NCBI GenBank assembly: GCA_964593735.1
Contig: CAZQJF010000001.1
Span: 1 to 27,180 of the forward strand
From: an uncultured Streptomycetaceae bacterium
GTDB taxonomy: Bacteria; Pseudomonadota; Gammaproteobacteria; Burkholderiales; SG8-41
Direction of reading: 5' to 3'
Length of the DNA: 27,180 nucleotides
The notes beneath the pieces were generated by a model. It saw only the letters and a program-made list of their open reading frames with translations. It did no database searches and was not told where the DNA came from. The position numbers and the translations under genes were made by a program. Below, one piece after another: positions 14,876 through 26,042 of this stretch (within the stretch, counting starts at the first letter, position 1; each line of letters opens with the position of its first letter).

Positions 14876-15084
14876 AGGAGTGTGTCGGACTTGGTCCCGA
14901 CACACTCCTTAGGCAAAACCGCCCGCAGGAAAACAGCGCAATCTGATTCGAAATACGTGAATTCGGCCCCGCTTGTGTCCTTAGTAATCGCAAAAACAGG
15001 TCCTTTCACCCCCGCACTGTTGCAAGTCTGCGGGCGGTTTTGCATTTAGCAGCCGGTCGGAGCATCGAGTCCGACAGGCTGCTA
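14876..15084. repeat. Mirror copy: hairpin-IR-spacer-IR-hairpin element
   Basis: Reverse complement of 12097..12305. Confidence 0.75.
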
Positions 15085-16816
15085 GGCTGATGGCGCGCGG
15101 GCCGCGCGCTCCCAGCCGCCTGCGGCGCATGAAAACGTCCACCACGCTCAGGTCGCCGGCGCGATTGACGGTGTGTATTCCCAGCAGTCCCTGATCAGCG
15201 GGACCCGGCGGCAGGATGCGCTCTTCCTCCCGCTCGACATAAGCCTGCGGCGACACATGAAGCACCCGGTTGATCGAAATACCGCTGCCGTAGAGCGGCG
15301 CGCAGATCTGGGCCGGGCGGTAGAGCACCCCGTCGCGCAGATAGGGCCGGCCCGCCGGGCGAGCGCACCGGGCGTCGGACTTGACCGGATTGCCGCGATG
15401 AGGCCGCCACTCACCCATGAGATCGTCGGCGAAATAAAGGTGCAGCTCGTCGTGGGCCTCGGCCCCTTCCAGGCCGATGTTGACGAACATCCACCACTTG
15501 TCGCCGTCGCGGTGCAGGGTCGCATCCGTGAACCAGGCGTCGCGCAGCAGCACTTTTTCCAGGCGCCAGCGGCCGGGAAATTCGATGCAGCGGTAAAGCT
15601 CGACGGTCCGGTTGTCGCCGGTCTCGGGAACCATGAAGAGCTGCCCTTCGTGCTCGATGAGACTGGGATACGAGAGGTGGTAATCGCGCTCCAGCACGCG
15701 CACCGGCGGGGAACACACCCCCTTGCGATCGACCTCCACGACGGCAATGTGACCCTTGCCCGACGCGAGTATCACCTCTTCGAAGAAAATGAAGTGTCTG
15801 CCGTTGCGCTCGATCGGGAACGGATCGGCCCAGATGCGATCCGTGGGAGGCACGAGACACGTGTAGTCCCGCAGGTCGCCCTGCCAGCGCTCCTGCGGCC
15901 CGAACCGGTAGGCGAGAAACCACTGATCCACGTAGAGCAGCTTCTGGAGCCCGCGCTGCGCCTGCCTCCCGGCAAGCTGCGCCACGGCGCGCACGGTCTC
16001 GCCGGTGCCGGGCATCCCGGGGGCCGGGCTCGCGGGGGCGCGCGGCAGGGACTCCCACTGCTGCAGCCACTCGCTGGGCGAGCGATGCAGCTGCCGCAGC
16101 GCCCTGCCCGCGAACTGCGCAGACTTGTGCAGGAAGTTGCTGCGGTTCCGGGCCACCGAGAGCGGATACGTGCGCGACCAGGAGCGGTAAACGAGCCGGT
16201 CGTCGGTCTCGCCGCCGCGGCAGACCCTCAGCGCCGACGCCGTCACCGGGGCGCCGCCGGCCGCTTCGCGAAAGCCTGCCGCCACTTCGAGCGATGCGCA
16301 CTCTTCACCGAAGCAGTAGCGCCACACGCCGTACTTCGCTACGCCGTCCAGCAGGGAATCGGCCACGTTGCCCGCCGCAAACGCGACATCGAGATCCAGG
16401 GCCATGATCCGCGCGCGCCACGCCGCGATGACCGTGTCCGCCGCGTCGTGTTCCGGCAGGGACATGAACTGGAGGTGCGCCACGCGGTCCTTCAGCGCCA
16501 CGCCCTCCGACGGATCCGGCGCCGAGCCGAAAACGCGGTGGTCGAGGCGGCTGTACACGCGCCACAGCCAGGGCAGCGCCGGTGGCGTCGAACGCCTCTC
16601 AGCGACCGCCACGACAAGCGCGAAATCGGAGTCCGCCACCCTGGCCAACGCCTCGACGATCCAGCGCGGCTGCAGCGGCGAATCGGCGAACACGCCGACT
16701 CGAAGTCTGCCATCGCTCGCCGGTGTTTCCGAAGGCAGGAACGTGCGCTCGCCAGGCTCTCCCCGCGACGGGGTCGCTACGCTGACAGGTTCCGGGGATG
16801 GCGCATTTTCAAGCAT
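14981..16816 (-). CDS. Mirror copy: formyltransferase-like/GINT1-N propeller protein
   Basis: Identical translation to 10365..12200. Confidence 0.7.
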   Translation of the reverse strand: MLENAPSPEPVSVATPSRGEPGERTFLPSETPASDGRLRVGVFADSPLQPRWIVEALARVADSDFALVVAVAERRSTPPALPWLWRVYSRLDHRVFGSAPDPSEGVALKDRVAHLQFMSLPEHDAADTVIAAWRARIMALDLDVAFAAGNVADSLLDGVAKYGVWRYCFGEECASLEVAAGFREAAGGAPVTASALRVCRGGETDDRLVYRSWSRTYPLSVARNRSNFLHKSAQFAGRALRQLHRSPSEWLQQWESLPRAPASPAPGMPGTGETVRAVAQLAGRQAQRGLQKLLYVDQWFLAYRFGPQERWQGDLRDYTCLVPPTDRIWADPFPIERNGRHFIFFEEVILASGKGHIAVVEVDRKGVCSPPVRVLERDYHLSYPSLIEHEGQLFMVPETGDNRTVELYRCIEFPGRWRLEKVLLRDAWFTDATLHRDGDKWWMFVNIGLEGAEAHDELHLYFADDLMGEWRPHRGNPVKSDARCARPAGRPYLRDGVLYRPAQICAPLYGSGISINRVLHVSPQAYVEREEERILPPGPADQGLLGIHTVNRAGDLSVVDVFMRRRRLGARGPRAISLAACRTRCSDRLLNAKPPADLQQCGGERTCFCDY

Positions 16817-16929
16817 CGTTCGACCTTCGATTCCGGCGTTAGGCCATTGTCGGAACTCACTGTGTAGGGGAATTGCGGGAGGCATGGTCCAAATGGACCA
16901 TGGCAGAGCGGCGCCGTCACAATTGACGG

Positions 16930-18081
16930 CTAAACGGCGGCGGGTGACGGGCTGGTACGTCCGGAAAGCTCCAGCAGCAGGCTTTCGTAGCGGTCGACCA
17001 TCGTGCGCTCCGAAAAACGCGTTTCGACGGCCACGCGTGCCTGGGCGCCCAGACGGGCCGCCAGCCCGCGATCGGCAAGCGCGGCAAGCCGGTCGACGAG
17101 CGCGCCGGTGTCACCCACGGGAAAGAGAAATCCCTCCCGCGCGCAGCGGATCATCTCGGCGGCGCCGCCGACGTCGGAATGGACCACCGGCTTGCACAGC
17201 GCCATGGCCTCGATCGCCGCCAGCGAGAACGCTTCGGTGAAACTGCACAGCACCATGGCGTCCGACGCGGCGATGCAAGGGCGGACGTCTTCCTGGTGTC
17301 CCGTGATCACGACGTGGTTTTCGACCTCGAGCGCGCGCGCGCGCGCCTCGATCGCCTGGCGCATCTCGCCCTCGCCGATCATCAGCGCCCGGGCCGGAAT
17401 GCCCTTCTTGCGCAGCGCCGCAACGGCATCCACCAGCTGCAGGTGGTTCTTCTCCGGGCGCAACCAGGCCGAAATGCCGATTACGTAGTCCGTTTCGGCA
17501 AAACCGAGCGCGCTGCGCAGGGCGGCGCGTTTCTCGGGGCCCGTCGTGTCGCAGTACTCGTCCGTATCCACGCCGTTATAGATCACTTCGCTGCGGCGCG
17601 AAAATACCCCGCGGCGGCGCCAGTAGCGCCGCTGCTTTTCGCAGACGAAGACCGAGAAATCCGCCGTCCAGAAGAACAGGCGATAGAGCATCATCTGCAG
17701 GCGTTCCTTGACGTTCAGGAGCCGGGTCGAGTGATAGGTCACGACGAGCGCCGTGCGCGTGCCGGTGCGGGCAAGGCGCAGCGCCAGCCAGGCGTACATG
17801 AGCGCATAGGGATTCGCCGCGACGATCACCGAGGGGCGGATACGCGTCAGGTGGTCGGCGAAATCGGCCACCGCGCGCCGGTCGAAATAGCGCGCCGCAT
17901 TGAGACAGCGCAGGGTTCCGGCTACACCCAGCCGGATGCGATCGGCCTGGTCGGGTTTCACGTCCTTGACGTGGACGGCGTGCGTCTCGTGTCCGCGCTC
18001 CGTCATGCGATTCATGAGGGTGACCGCGTGGCGCTCGGCGCCGCCGTAGATCAACGAAGTGGTGACGAAAAGCAGCCGCAT
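16930..18081 (-). CDS. Mirror copy: GT4 glycosyltransferase
   Basis: Identical translation to 9100..10251. Confidence 0.88.
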   Translation of the reverse strand: MRLLFVTTSLIYGGAERHAVTLMNRMTERGHETHAVHVKDVKPDQADRIRLGVAGTLRCLNAARYFDRRAVADFADHLTRIRPSVIVAANPYALMYAWLALRLARTGTRTALVVTYHSTRLLNVKERLQMMLYRLFFWTADFSVFVCEKQRRYWRRRGVFSRRSEVIYNGVDTDEYCDTTGPEKRAALRSALGFAETDYVIGISAWLRPEKNHLQLVDAVAALRKKGIPARALMIGEGEMRQAIEARARALEVENHVVITGHQEDVRPCIAASDAMVLCSFTEAFSLAAIEAMALCKPVVHSDVGGAAEMIRCAREGFLFPVGDTGALVDRLAALADRGLAARLGAQARVAVETRFSERTMVDRYESLLLELSGRTSPSPAAV

Positions 18082-19604
18082 CACGACTTCGCTCCCATGC
18101 CCTGCCGGTAATTGCGGAGCTCGCGCAGCAGCTCCCGGTCCATGCCCGCGCACGCGCGCAGCGCAACGTAGGCGACCGCGATCACCAGCCCGCCTGCGGC
18201 TACGCGGGTGACCGGCCCGCTCGCGGCGAGATAGCTGCCCACTATGCCCCACGCCAGCGCCGCGGCCAGCGCGGACATGACCGCCAGCACGCCGAGCGTG
18301 CGCCAGTCCTGCAACGAACGTATCGCAACACCGGTGAGGCGCGAGATGCGCCACAGGGTGATCACGCGATCGCCGCAGATCGCGAACACGGTGCCTGCCG
18401 CCGCTCCCGGCAGGCCGAAGTACTGCGCCCCATACCAGTTCATGGCGAAGGACACGACCAGCGCAGCGAGGTTTACCCATAACATGAACGGGCCCTGGCG
18501 CAGGAGCAACGTAATGCTGGCGAGCTCGACCACCAGCGCTGCGAAGCCGACGATATACAGGCGCATGACCGGCGCCGCGGCGACGTAGGCGTCGGTATAG
18601 ACGATCGTGACGATCTCCTCGGCAAACACGAACGTGAAGGCGAGCAGCGGGAAGACGAGCGCTCCGACCATCACGTTGGCGCGGCTGTTCAGCTCGAGCA
18701 TGCCGGTTATGCTGCCCGCGGCCTGCAGCCGGCTCATGCTCGGCAGGAAGGCGTTGTTGACCGACACCCGGCACAGGTTCACCAGCGGGCCGAGTACCGC
18801 GGCGATCGAGAACGACGCGAACATGCCCAGGGAAAACAGCGTCGCCGCCACCCACTGGTCCGCCTGCGTCCGCAATCCGTAGAGCACGCCGCCCACCCAG
18901 AACGGGGCCACGAAGGTCATCTGCTCCGCGAACGTTTTACGGCGCAGCACCGGTCCGCGCAAGCCGTGATGGACCGCGACGTAGCGCAACAGCAGCGCGG
19001 ACTTGAACAACACGAACGCGAGCAGCGTCAGCAGCACGGGCGTGAGTTCCCCCGTGAGCCAGGCAACCAGGGACATTGCAACGGCGCGCACCAGCGCCAG
19101 TCCGACCGTCGCCTTCGCCTGCCAGACCACCCGCTCCTCGATGGTGGGCAGCAGATCGAGCACCGAGGACACCACCCATAGCGCCATGAACGCGGGCACG
19201 ATGATCTCGGGGTCCGAGAACCCCTGCAGCTTCGCCGGCAACCAGGGGTTCCAGGCGCTGACCGCCCACGCGGCGACCAGGCCGGCGGCCGCAAAAAATA
19301 CCAGCGTCTGGTTGATGTAGAGCCGTTTACCCGTAGCATCCGACCGGGGCAGGTAGTAATACAGGCTCGCTTCCATCGCCAGCGGCAGGAACGCCATGAC
19401 CGTCCCCACCACCAGCCACAGCAGACGGTACTGCCCGAAGGCTTCGGCATCGAGGCAGCGCACCAGCACCACGGGCAGGAGGAACTGGATGGCGTAGTCG
19501 AAGGCGTTCGCGGCCCCCAGCGACAGCGCGCGCTGGCCCAACCGTCGCTGTACGTTGGGCGGTACGACCCCGGCGTCGGTTGCCTCAGTTGTGTTGTTGG
19601 TCAC
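18081..19604 (-). CDS. wzx: Mirror copy: Wzx flippase
   Basis: Identical translation to 7577..9100. Confidence 0.8.
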   Translation of the reverse strand: MTNNTTEATDAGVVPPNVQRRLGQRALSLGAANAFDYAIQFLLPVVLVRCLDAEAFGQYRLLWLVVGTVMAFLPLAMEASLYYYLPRSDATGKRLYINQTLVFFAAAGLVAAWAVSAWNPWLPAKLQGFSDPEIIVPAFMALWVVSSVLDLLPTIEERVVWQAKATVGLALVRAVAMSLVAWLTGELTPVLLTLLAFVLFKSALLLRYVAVHHGLRGPVLRRKTFAEQMTFVAPFWVGGVLYGLRTQADQWVAATLFSLGMFASFSIAAVLGPLVNLCRVSVNNAFLPSMSRLQAAGSITGMLELNSRANVMVGALVFPLLAFTFVFAEEIVTIVYTDAYVAAAPVMRLYIVGFAALVVELASITLLLRQGPFMLWVNLAALVVSFAMNWYGAQYFGLPGAAAGTVFAICGDRVITLWRISRLTGVAIRSLQDWRTLGVLAVMSALAAALAWGIVGSYLAASGPVTRVAAGGLVIAVAYVALRACAGMDRELLRELRNYRQGMGAKS

Positions 19605-19650
19605 GGGACCCGTGCCGACCGGTGGGAGCCGAACATGCGTGCAGCAGTCA

Positions 19651-21192
19651 TCAGGCTGCCTGCTTCCGGGAAGTCTGGCCGTACATCATGCCGATGGCGA
19701 ACCACAGGAAGGCGTGCTCCGGCCGCGGCGTCAGGCTGCCGTCCGCGAGGCCGGTGATCAACACGCCCACCAGCAACCCGGCAATCGCTCCCTGGTAGAA
19801 GCCGCGCAGGGTGGGACTCAATCCCGGAGTCGCGATCAGCGCGCGAAAGCCCCGCCAGACGTGTGCGAAGTAGGCGCAAAGCAGGATCAGGCCGAGGATG
19901 CCCATGTCGAGCGCTGCCTCCAGGTACGCGCTGTGCGGGTGGGTGACCAGCAAGACGGTGTTTCCTCCGCCTTGCCGCATCGCTTCGGACCAGAGTATCG
20001 AGCCGAGGCCGCTGCCCCAGATCGGGCTCTTCAAGATTTCGGGAAGGAGGGGCAGCCAGAGCCCTTCGACGCGCCCGGCGGAGATCGCATCCGCTCCCTC
20101 GCCCATTCCGTACGACAGCCGCTCGTAGACCGCCCCCGGCACCAGCAACGCACCCACGGCAATGAGCGCCACGAACAGGAAGAAGGTCTTCGCATTGAAG
20201 CGCCAGAGGAGGAACAGCAGATTCACAAAGATGAACCCCAGGAACGCGCTGCGTGAGAACGTCAGCATCAATGCCACCACCACCACGCCCATCGAAGCGA
20301 GCAGCATGATTCTCAAGCCCCGTTCCTTCGATCCGGCCCAGGTAAAGAGCAGCAGCGCGTAGGCGACCGTGTAGAGGCGGCCGAGATCGTTGGCGTGCAG
20401 CCCCAGCGCGGAGAGGAACTCGCGCTGGGTACTGCTCGCGAGCGTGCTCAACCCGACGCCCGAAAGCGCCACGAACACGATGACCATCAAACTCATCGCC
20501 CAGACCGACGCCAGCATCGGCACGAGGAACCTCTCCGGCTTCTGCGATCTTGCGACCGCGGCCCCGATCAGGACCGCAGACACCACGATCATGAGCGGCT
20601 TCAACACGGTCTCCTGCAGGTATCCGGCCGCGCTCGAGTACAACTTGAGCCCCGTGGTCAATTCGAAGGCGGGCGCGATCTCGCCGACGTGACGCGAGCC
20701 GATGAAGCCGGCGATCACGATGGGCGCGAGATACAGCCACACCAACGGAGCAGGTAGGAACCGGCGCAGGCCGCCCCCCGTCAGCGCCTGGAGCAGGTAC
20801 GAGCCCAGTGTTACGGCGACCAGCAGGTTCAGCGGATTGGCGCCGGTGACGCCGAACATCGCGTGCGGGAACAGGTAGCTTCTCGAGAGCGGCACCAACA
20901 GCATGAGCAGCACCACGCCGACTCTGAAGTCGAGGAATATGAACGCGCAGCCGATCAGCGAGATGACGAGGACGAGCGCGTTCCATCCGGTGACGGCGAC
21001 CGCGGCGCCGCCGAGCACGCCGAGCAGAGCGATCCCGGCGAGCAGGGCGAGGTTGGCTCGGAGATTGTGGTCGGCCACGTAGGCCAGGTCGCGCACGTCC
21101 GCCGGGCCGCCCCGCGGATTCGACCATCCGCGAAGCAGCCGGGCGAAGGTTCCTGCCGCGGTTGGCGGCGCATTGGATGAGATCGTGGTCAT
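19651..21192 (-). CDS. Mirror copy: O-antigen ligase/Wzy-family protein
   Basis: Identical translation to 5989..7530. Confidence 0.8.
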   Translation of the reverse strand: MTTISSNAPPTAAGTFARLLRGWSNPRGGPADVRDLAYVADHNLRANLALLAGIALLGVLGGAAVAVTGWNALVLVISLIGCAFIFLDFRVGVVLLMLLVPLSRSYLFPHAMFGVTGANPLNLLVAVTLGSYLLQALTGGGLRRFLPAPLVWLYLAPIVIAGFIGSRHVGEIAPAFELTTGLKLYSSAAGYLQETVLKPLMIVVSAVLIGAAVARSQKPERFLVPMLASVWAMSLMVIVFVALSGVGLSTLASSTQREFLSALGLHANDLGRLYTVAYALLLFTWAGSKERGLRIMLLASMGVVVVALMLTFSRSAFLGFIFVNLLFLLWRFNAKTFFLFVALIAVGALLVPGAVYERLSYGMGEGADAISAGRVEGLWLPLLPEILKSPIWGSGLGSILWSEAMRQGGGNTVLLVTHPHSAYLEAALDMGILGLILLCAYFAHVWRGFRALIATPGLSPTLRGFYQGAIAGLLVGVLITGLADGSLTPRPEHAFLWFAIGMMYGQTSRKQAA

Positions 21193-21328
21193 CGTCTATA
21201 CCAGGGTCGTATTACCGTTCGGCTGGCCGGCCGGGAGCCCATCGCGCCTGACCGCGGGACCTGCGTCTCTCGCATTTCCCCAGGCCGGCGGCGCCATGCT
21301 GCCCGCCGCCGGCCTGAACTCGTGTGGG

Positions 21329-22222
21329 TCAATATGCGTTGAACACCGTGCCGACCACGCGGGTGCCGGAGTTGCCCATTTCCTGGATGACGCTGTTCGT
21401 ATCGGCGATGCGCGTGTGATCCTTGCGCGCGACGACCATTACGCTGCCTGCCCGGAAACCCACGATCTGCGCATCCGCGTAGAATTTCGCCGGCGGCGTA
21501 TCGACGAGGACGACGTCGAACGCGGCGCGGGCTTCCTTCAGGAAACCGGCGAGCGCAAGACGCGACAGCAGCTCCTGCGGATTGGGAGGCAGCGGGCCGG
21601 CAGGCAACAGCGCAAGGCGTCCGAACTCCGACACCTGCACCGCCGCCTCCGCGCCCGCCCGTCCCGAGAGCACCGTCGAGAGGCCGATACGGTCCGAAAC
21701 CTCGAAGATCCGGTGCTGGCGCGGCCGGCGCAGGTCCGCGTCTATCAGCAGAGTGCGCTCGCCCAGTTGCGCGAAGGCGACCGCGAGGTTGGCTGCGACG
21801 TAGCTGCGACCTTCACCGCTGCCCGGGCTCACGACCGCCAGCACCCCGCGGTCCATCCCGGTGTTCGACCAGCGGATAAGCAACTGAGTCCGCAGCGAGC
21901 GTATCTCCTCGGCGCGGGGGTGGAACGGAGCGTGCGCCACGACCAGCTCGGAGGTGGCGCCATCGTTGTCCGCCAGCAGGCGCGGGAGGTCGTATTGCTT
22001 CGCGACGGCGTAGTTGAGGTCGCGTTCCGTGATGAGCCCGAGGCGCATCGCGGCTTCCCCGAACTTCAGACCCTTGTCCCGCTGCAGTTCCATGACCTGC
22101 TCGACGCCGGCGGGATCCAGCTTGCCTTCTTCGACCAGTATGCTGCCGATCGCTCGATCGCGCCGCGGCGCAACGGCGCGTCCCGCAGCCTCCAGCATCA
22201 CGACATTCTCGGGTGCGTTCAT
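21329..22222 (-). CDS. epsG: Mirror copy: EpsG
   Basis: Identical translation to 4959..5852. Confidence 0.86.
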   Translation of the reverse strand: MNAPENVVMLEAAGRAVAPRRDRAIGSILVEEGKLDPAGVEQVMELQRDKGLKFGEAAMRLGLITERDLNYAVAKQYDLPRLLADNDGATSELVVAHAPFHPRAEEIRSLRTQLLIRWSNTGMDRGVLAVVSPGSGEGRSYVAANLAVAFAQLGERTLLIDADLRRPRQHRIFEVSDRIGLSTVLSGRAGAEAAVQVSEFGRLALLPAGPLPPNPQELLSRLALAGFLKEARAAFDVVLVDTPPAKFYADAQIVGFRAGSVMVVARKDHTRIADTNSVIQEMGNSGTRVVGTVFNAY

Positions 22223-22262
22223 CTCGGTATCCTCAGCTCGGCTCAGGTTGGCTCAGGTTGGC

Positions 22263-23702
22263 TCAGGTTGGTTTGGGCAATGTGCGCTGGCTTCCCGACC
22301 AGCCCGGGAGTCGGTGGCCGGCCGCCGGGTCCCACTTGTTGAGCACGGCGAGCAGCGGCACGTTCGGTTCGGTGACCAGGTCGTTATGCGAGCGCACCCG
22401 GCGGTCGAGCAACTCCATCAACATGACGGTCCCGAGGCCCAGGATGATCCCCACGACCACCGACAGGGCCACGTTGAGACCGACCTTGGGACGGGCCGGA
22501 GCGGGGGGTTCGACCGCGGGACCGAGCACCGCAACGTTCGACCCGCGGGCGCTGCTTTCAACTTTGTTGAGGACGGCGCGCTGCAGCGCGGTTTCGTAGG
22601 TCCGCTGCGCGGATTCCGCGTTGCGCGTGAGCACCACCAGCTCGCTCCGGGATTCCCTGAGTTGCAGCAGGCGATCGCGCTGTGCCGCCAGCGCCCCGGC
22701 CAGCCCCGCTTCCTGCTGGCGGCTCTGGCGGCTCGAGTTATCGAAGCCGGCCGCGATCTTCGCCACCTCGCCGTCGAGCTTTTCACGCAGGCTCTGGTTC
22801 TCGGAGAGCTGCCGCTGGTAGGTCGGGTAGTTGGTCCCGTACTGCGAAGCGAGCTCCTTCAGCTTGGCTTCCCCGCGCAGGATGTCGGTCTTCAGGGTCT
22901 GCACGAGCGGATTCGCCTGCACGTCCGCAAGCCTCTCGGGCGACTGTCCCCGCGCAAGCGCCTCGCGCGCCTGCTGACCGCGTGCCTGCCAGCCGAGCGT
23001 GGTGTCCTGCGCTCGCGCCAGTTGCGTCGAAAGCTCTCCCAGCCGGACGCTCTCGACGTCGAGGCGCTCGTCGGCTGCGACGATCCCCTTCTTTCTCTGG
23101 TACTCCGCGAGCGTGCTCTGCGCTTCCTGCAAGTTCTCCCGCAGGGCCTTCAGCTGCTCGTCGAACCAGACCGCCGCCTGCCGCGTCGGTGCCGTTCGCA
23201 TCTCCAGCGCCGTGTCGGCGTAGGCCTTGGCAAAAGCGTTCGCCACAGCCGCCGCGAAGCGCGGGTCTCCGGCCGTAAAGGTGACCTGGATGATGCTGCT
23301 CTGCGAGCCCTCCACCTTGAGCGCCAGGAGCAGGTCCCTCGCAAGGTTGTCCTCGATCGAGCCGGCGCGGCCGCTCTTCGCGTGTTCCGCTTGCGCCGCC
23401 GGGTTCTCCGCGAGTCTCAGATCCTGCACCACCTTGCGCGCGACCGTCTCGCTGCCGATGATGTCCATCTGGGTTTGCATGTAGGTCACTTTTTCCAGCG
23501 GATGGGAAAACTGGGGGGTCCCTGCGCCGGCGCCGCTCAGCGACTGCGCGTCCCTGGCGTCGACCAGCAGCGAGGTCGTCGCCTTGTAGGTTTTCGGCAG
23601 CAGGAGGCTCACCACGGTGGCGGCAAGAACGGTGGCGCACACCACCAGGGCGAACACGCCGAAGCGTGCCCGCAGCGTAGAAAGAAGAAGTTGGAGATGC
23701 AT
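22263..23702 (-). CDS. epsF: Mirror copy: EpsF
   Basis: Identical translation to 3479..4918. Confidence 0.86.
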   Translation of the reverse strand: MHLQLLLSTLRARFGVFALVVCATVLAATVVSLLLPKTYKATTSLLVDARDAQSLSGAGAGTPQFSHPLEKVTYMQTQMDIIGSETVARKVVQDLRLAENPAAQAEHAKSGRAGSIEDNLARDLLLALKVEGSQSSIIQVTFTAGDPRFAAAVANAFAKAYADTALEMRTAPTRQAAVWFDEQLKALRENLQEAQSTLAEYQRKKGIVAADERLDVESVRLGELSTQLARAQDTTLGWQARGQQAREALARGQSPERLADVQANPLVQTLKTDILRGEAKLKELASQYGTNYPTYQRQLSENQSLREKLDGEVAKIAAGFDNSSRQSRQQEAGLAGALAAQRDRLLQLRESRSELVVLTRNAESAQRTYETALQRAVLNKVESSARGSNVAVLGPAVEPPAPARPKVGLNVALSVVVGIILGLGTVMLMELLDRRVRSHNDLVTEPNVPLLAVLNKWDPAAGHRLPGWSGSQRTLPKPT

Positions 23703-23746
23703 GTCGTGCTCCGGGTCAGTCGCTGATAGGCTCTCGCGCGCGGCGT

Positions 23747-24592
23747 CTAGAACAGGCTTTCCCTGACATAGATCACGTCATCGGCCCGCACCGGATCAGA
23801 AAGGCGCGCGCCGATCTTCTGCAGCGTCCCGTCCGCTCCGCGCCGGTGGATGAGGAGACCGCGTTCCGTGCCGCGGGGGGTCAGGCCGCCGCCCAGCGAG
23901 AGCGCCTGCACCACGGCCATGTTGGGCTCGAGCCGGTAGGAACCCGAGCGGGTGACCTCGCCGTAGATGTAGAAGACGGGCGCGCGCTGCACGAAAATCG
24001 TGTCGCCCGCCTGCACCTGAAAGTTGGACTTCATGTCGCCGCTGCGGTACATCCCGGCCACGTCGATTTCCGCTTTCGTGGCCTTGCCCTCGCGCGTGAC
24101 CACCGCGGTGACGACCTCGTCTCCCGTGGGAGCGATGCCGCCGGCCAGCGCCAGAAGGTCCGTGATGCTCGTGGTGACTTCGTCGAGCGGGTAGCGCCCG
24201 GGCCGAACCACGTGGCCGAGCACGGAGACCTGCCGGCTGCGCACCGTCAGCACCGCCACGCTGACCTGGGGATCCTTCATGAAGTTTCCCTGTTTCAGCG
24301 CGTCCGCGATCCGGGTCGCCGCCCCCGTGGGCGTCTGCCCGTTGAGATTGATTTCGCCCACCAGCGGAAACAGGACCGTGCCGCGCTCGGAGATGCGCGC
24401 CTCGGTCGTGAGATCCGGGTTCTGGAAGACGGTGATGCGCAGGGTGTCCCCGGCGCCCAGGGACTCGCGGGATTGGGCCAGGCTTTGTGCGGCGGATAGC
24501 GCAATCAAGAACCCGACCAAGACGGCAAGCCATCGCGCCGCGCGGACGGTGGTCAGTGACGGAAGCAGTTGCGCTGAGAATTGCTGGTCCAT
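23747..24592 (-). CDS. epsE: Mirror copy: EpsE
   Basis: Identical translation to 2589..3434. Confidence 0.88.
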   Translation of the reverse strand: MDQQFSAQLLPSLTTVRAARWLAVLVGFLIALSAAQSLAQSRESLGAGDTLRITVFQNPDLTTEARISERGTVLFPLVGEINLNGQTPTGAATRIADALKQGNFMKDPQVSVAVLTVRSRQVSVLGHVVRPGRYPLDEVTTSITDLLALAGGIAPTGDEVVTAVVTREGKATKAEIDVAGMYRSGDMKSNFQVQAGDTIFVQRAPVFYIYGEVTRSGSYRLEPNMAVVQALSLGGGLTPRGTERGLLIHRRGADGTLQKIGARLSDPVRADDVIYVRESLF

Positions 24593-24840
24593 GGCGTTCT
24601 CCATTCAGTTGTCAGGTCCGGCGGTCTCTGTATTTTCTCTATGTGTGTACTGGTAGGTCTCTGTATCGCGGTCAACCGGCCTCGCGGCAGGGATTGGGGG
24701 CAGATTAGCTCCGCCATTCGTGCTTAGCTGATGTCACGCTGTGGTCCAAACGGACTACTCGGACATGGCCGCTACCGGAAAAGCAGCGAGAACCGATCCG
24801 CCGGCTGGCAATTTGCCAGCCGGCGGCCGGCCCGTCCGGA

Positions 24841-25407
24841 TCAGCCCGTGACCAGACGCGATCTACGCCGCGCGATGAACCCGACGACCAGGAAACTGGA
24901 CAGCAACAACGTCCAGCCGGAAGGTTCGGATGGCGTGTGCTCCGGGACAGAGAGATCCGCGGATCCATCAGCCACGGCCGGGACGCGCACGGAATGCAAG
25001 GCTGCCATCGCCGTGGCCGGGATACCGGGGATGGTTTCGTCCTTCGACGCGATCGAGCCGGCCCGTAGAAAGCCACCCGGTCCGGCCGGGATGAGTGCGC
25101 CGGGCTCCATCGCCTCGATGGTGGCGTCGCCGCCGAGCAAGAGGCTGGCCGCAGGGCCGGACACCAGGCCGTTTTCCGCTCCGGCCGGAAAACTGGCGAT
25201 ATATACGGGCGTGTGCGATTCCAGGGCTGGCAGCGCCCTCAGTGTCAGCGCGGGTGTCAACGCGGGCGTCAACGCCGGCGCTTGCGCCAGGCGCGGCGCA
25301 CGCGCGTGGGGGCGTGTATTTGATTCGCCTATCGGGGCGCGAGCGTAATAGCCCGTCGCTCCCACAGACGCGATCACGATGAGCAACAGCTTGAACAGCA
25401 GTTTCAT
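24841..25407 (-). CDS. Mirror copy: variant PEP-CTERM protein
   Basis: Identical translation to 1774..2340. Confidence 0.73.
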   Translation of the reverse strand: MKLLFKLLLIVIASVGATGYYARAPIGESNTRPHARAPRLAQAPALTPALTPALTLRALPALESHTPVYIASFPAGAENGLVSGPAASLLLGGDATIEAMEPGALIPAGPGGFLRAGSIASKDETIPGIPATAMAALHSVRVPAVADGSADLSVPEHTPSEPSGWTLLLSSFLVVGFIARRRSRLVTG

Positions 25408-26042
25408 GGTGCCTCCTGAACGGCTGAAACCAGGCCACCTGTTTCCCGAAAGCTCGACCGGCGGCGGTGCGTGATGCGAAGGTAGGCGCGCTGGATGAAG
25501 CAGAGGGGCCGCGGGCGCCGATCGAATATGGGCCGACCGGACTACTGCCTGCCAGCCGCCGGCTGATCCCTGGTGGAAAAGCAGACTTTTGGCACAACGC
25601 TTACTGCTATCCCCGCCGTTGCAGTCCATTGCAGTCCATTCCGACTAGTAAGGACGCGATCAAATGCACAACTGGGATTGTTAGGCTGGCGTCCACTTTC
25701 GTTTATTCAGTGAGTCGCTATGCCCGTCTGCCGATACGCTCCAACGCTGCCACCCCAGAGGTGGCGCGAACGCCAGCGATCGATTGGTCGCCCGTCGAGC
25801 GCCCGGCCGATCGACTCTCCCTGCGGGGCTGTCACGGGCCAACCACAGTTTGCGGCCGCGAATTTTCAGGGACGTCTCTGCACGGCGACAAACTTCACCT
25901 TTATCAGGGTATCGGTCCTGCCAGTCGATGCCGCGCAAGGGGAAAAAGCCGTGGGGCGACTACAACTTTCACCGCTTCAACGACAGATTGCGGTTAGACC
26001 ACTACAAAATGTCGCTGACTGGAGACACTGCCCTCTTCGTCC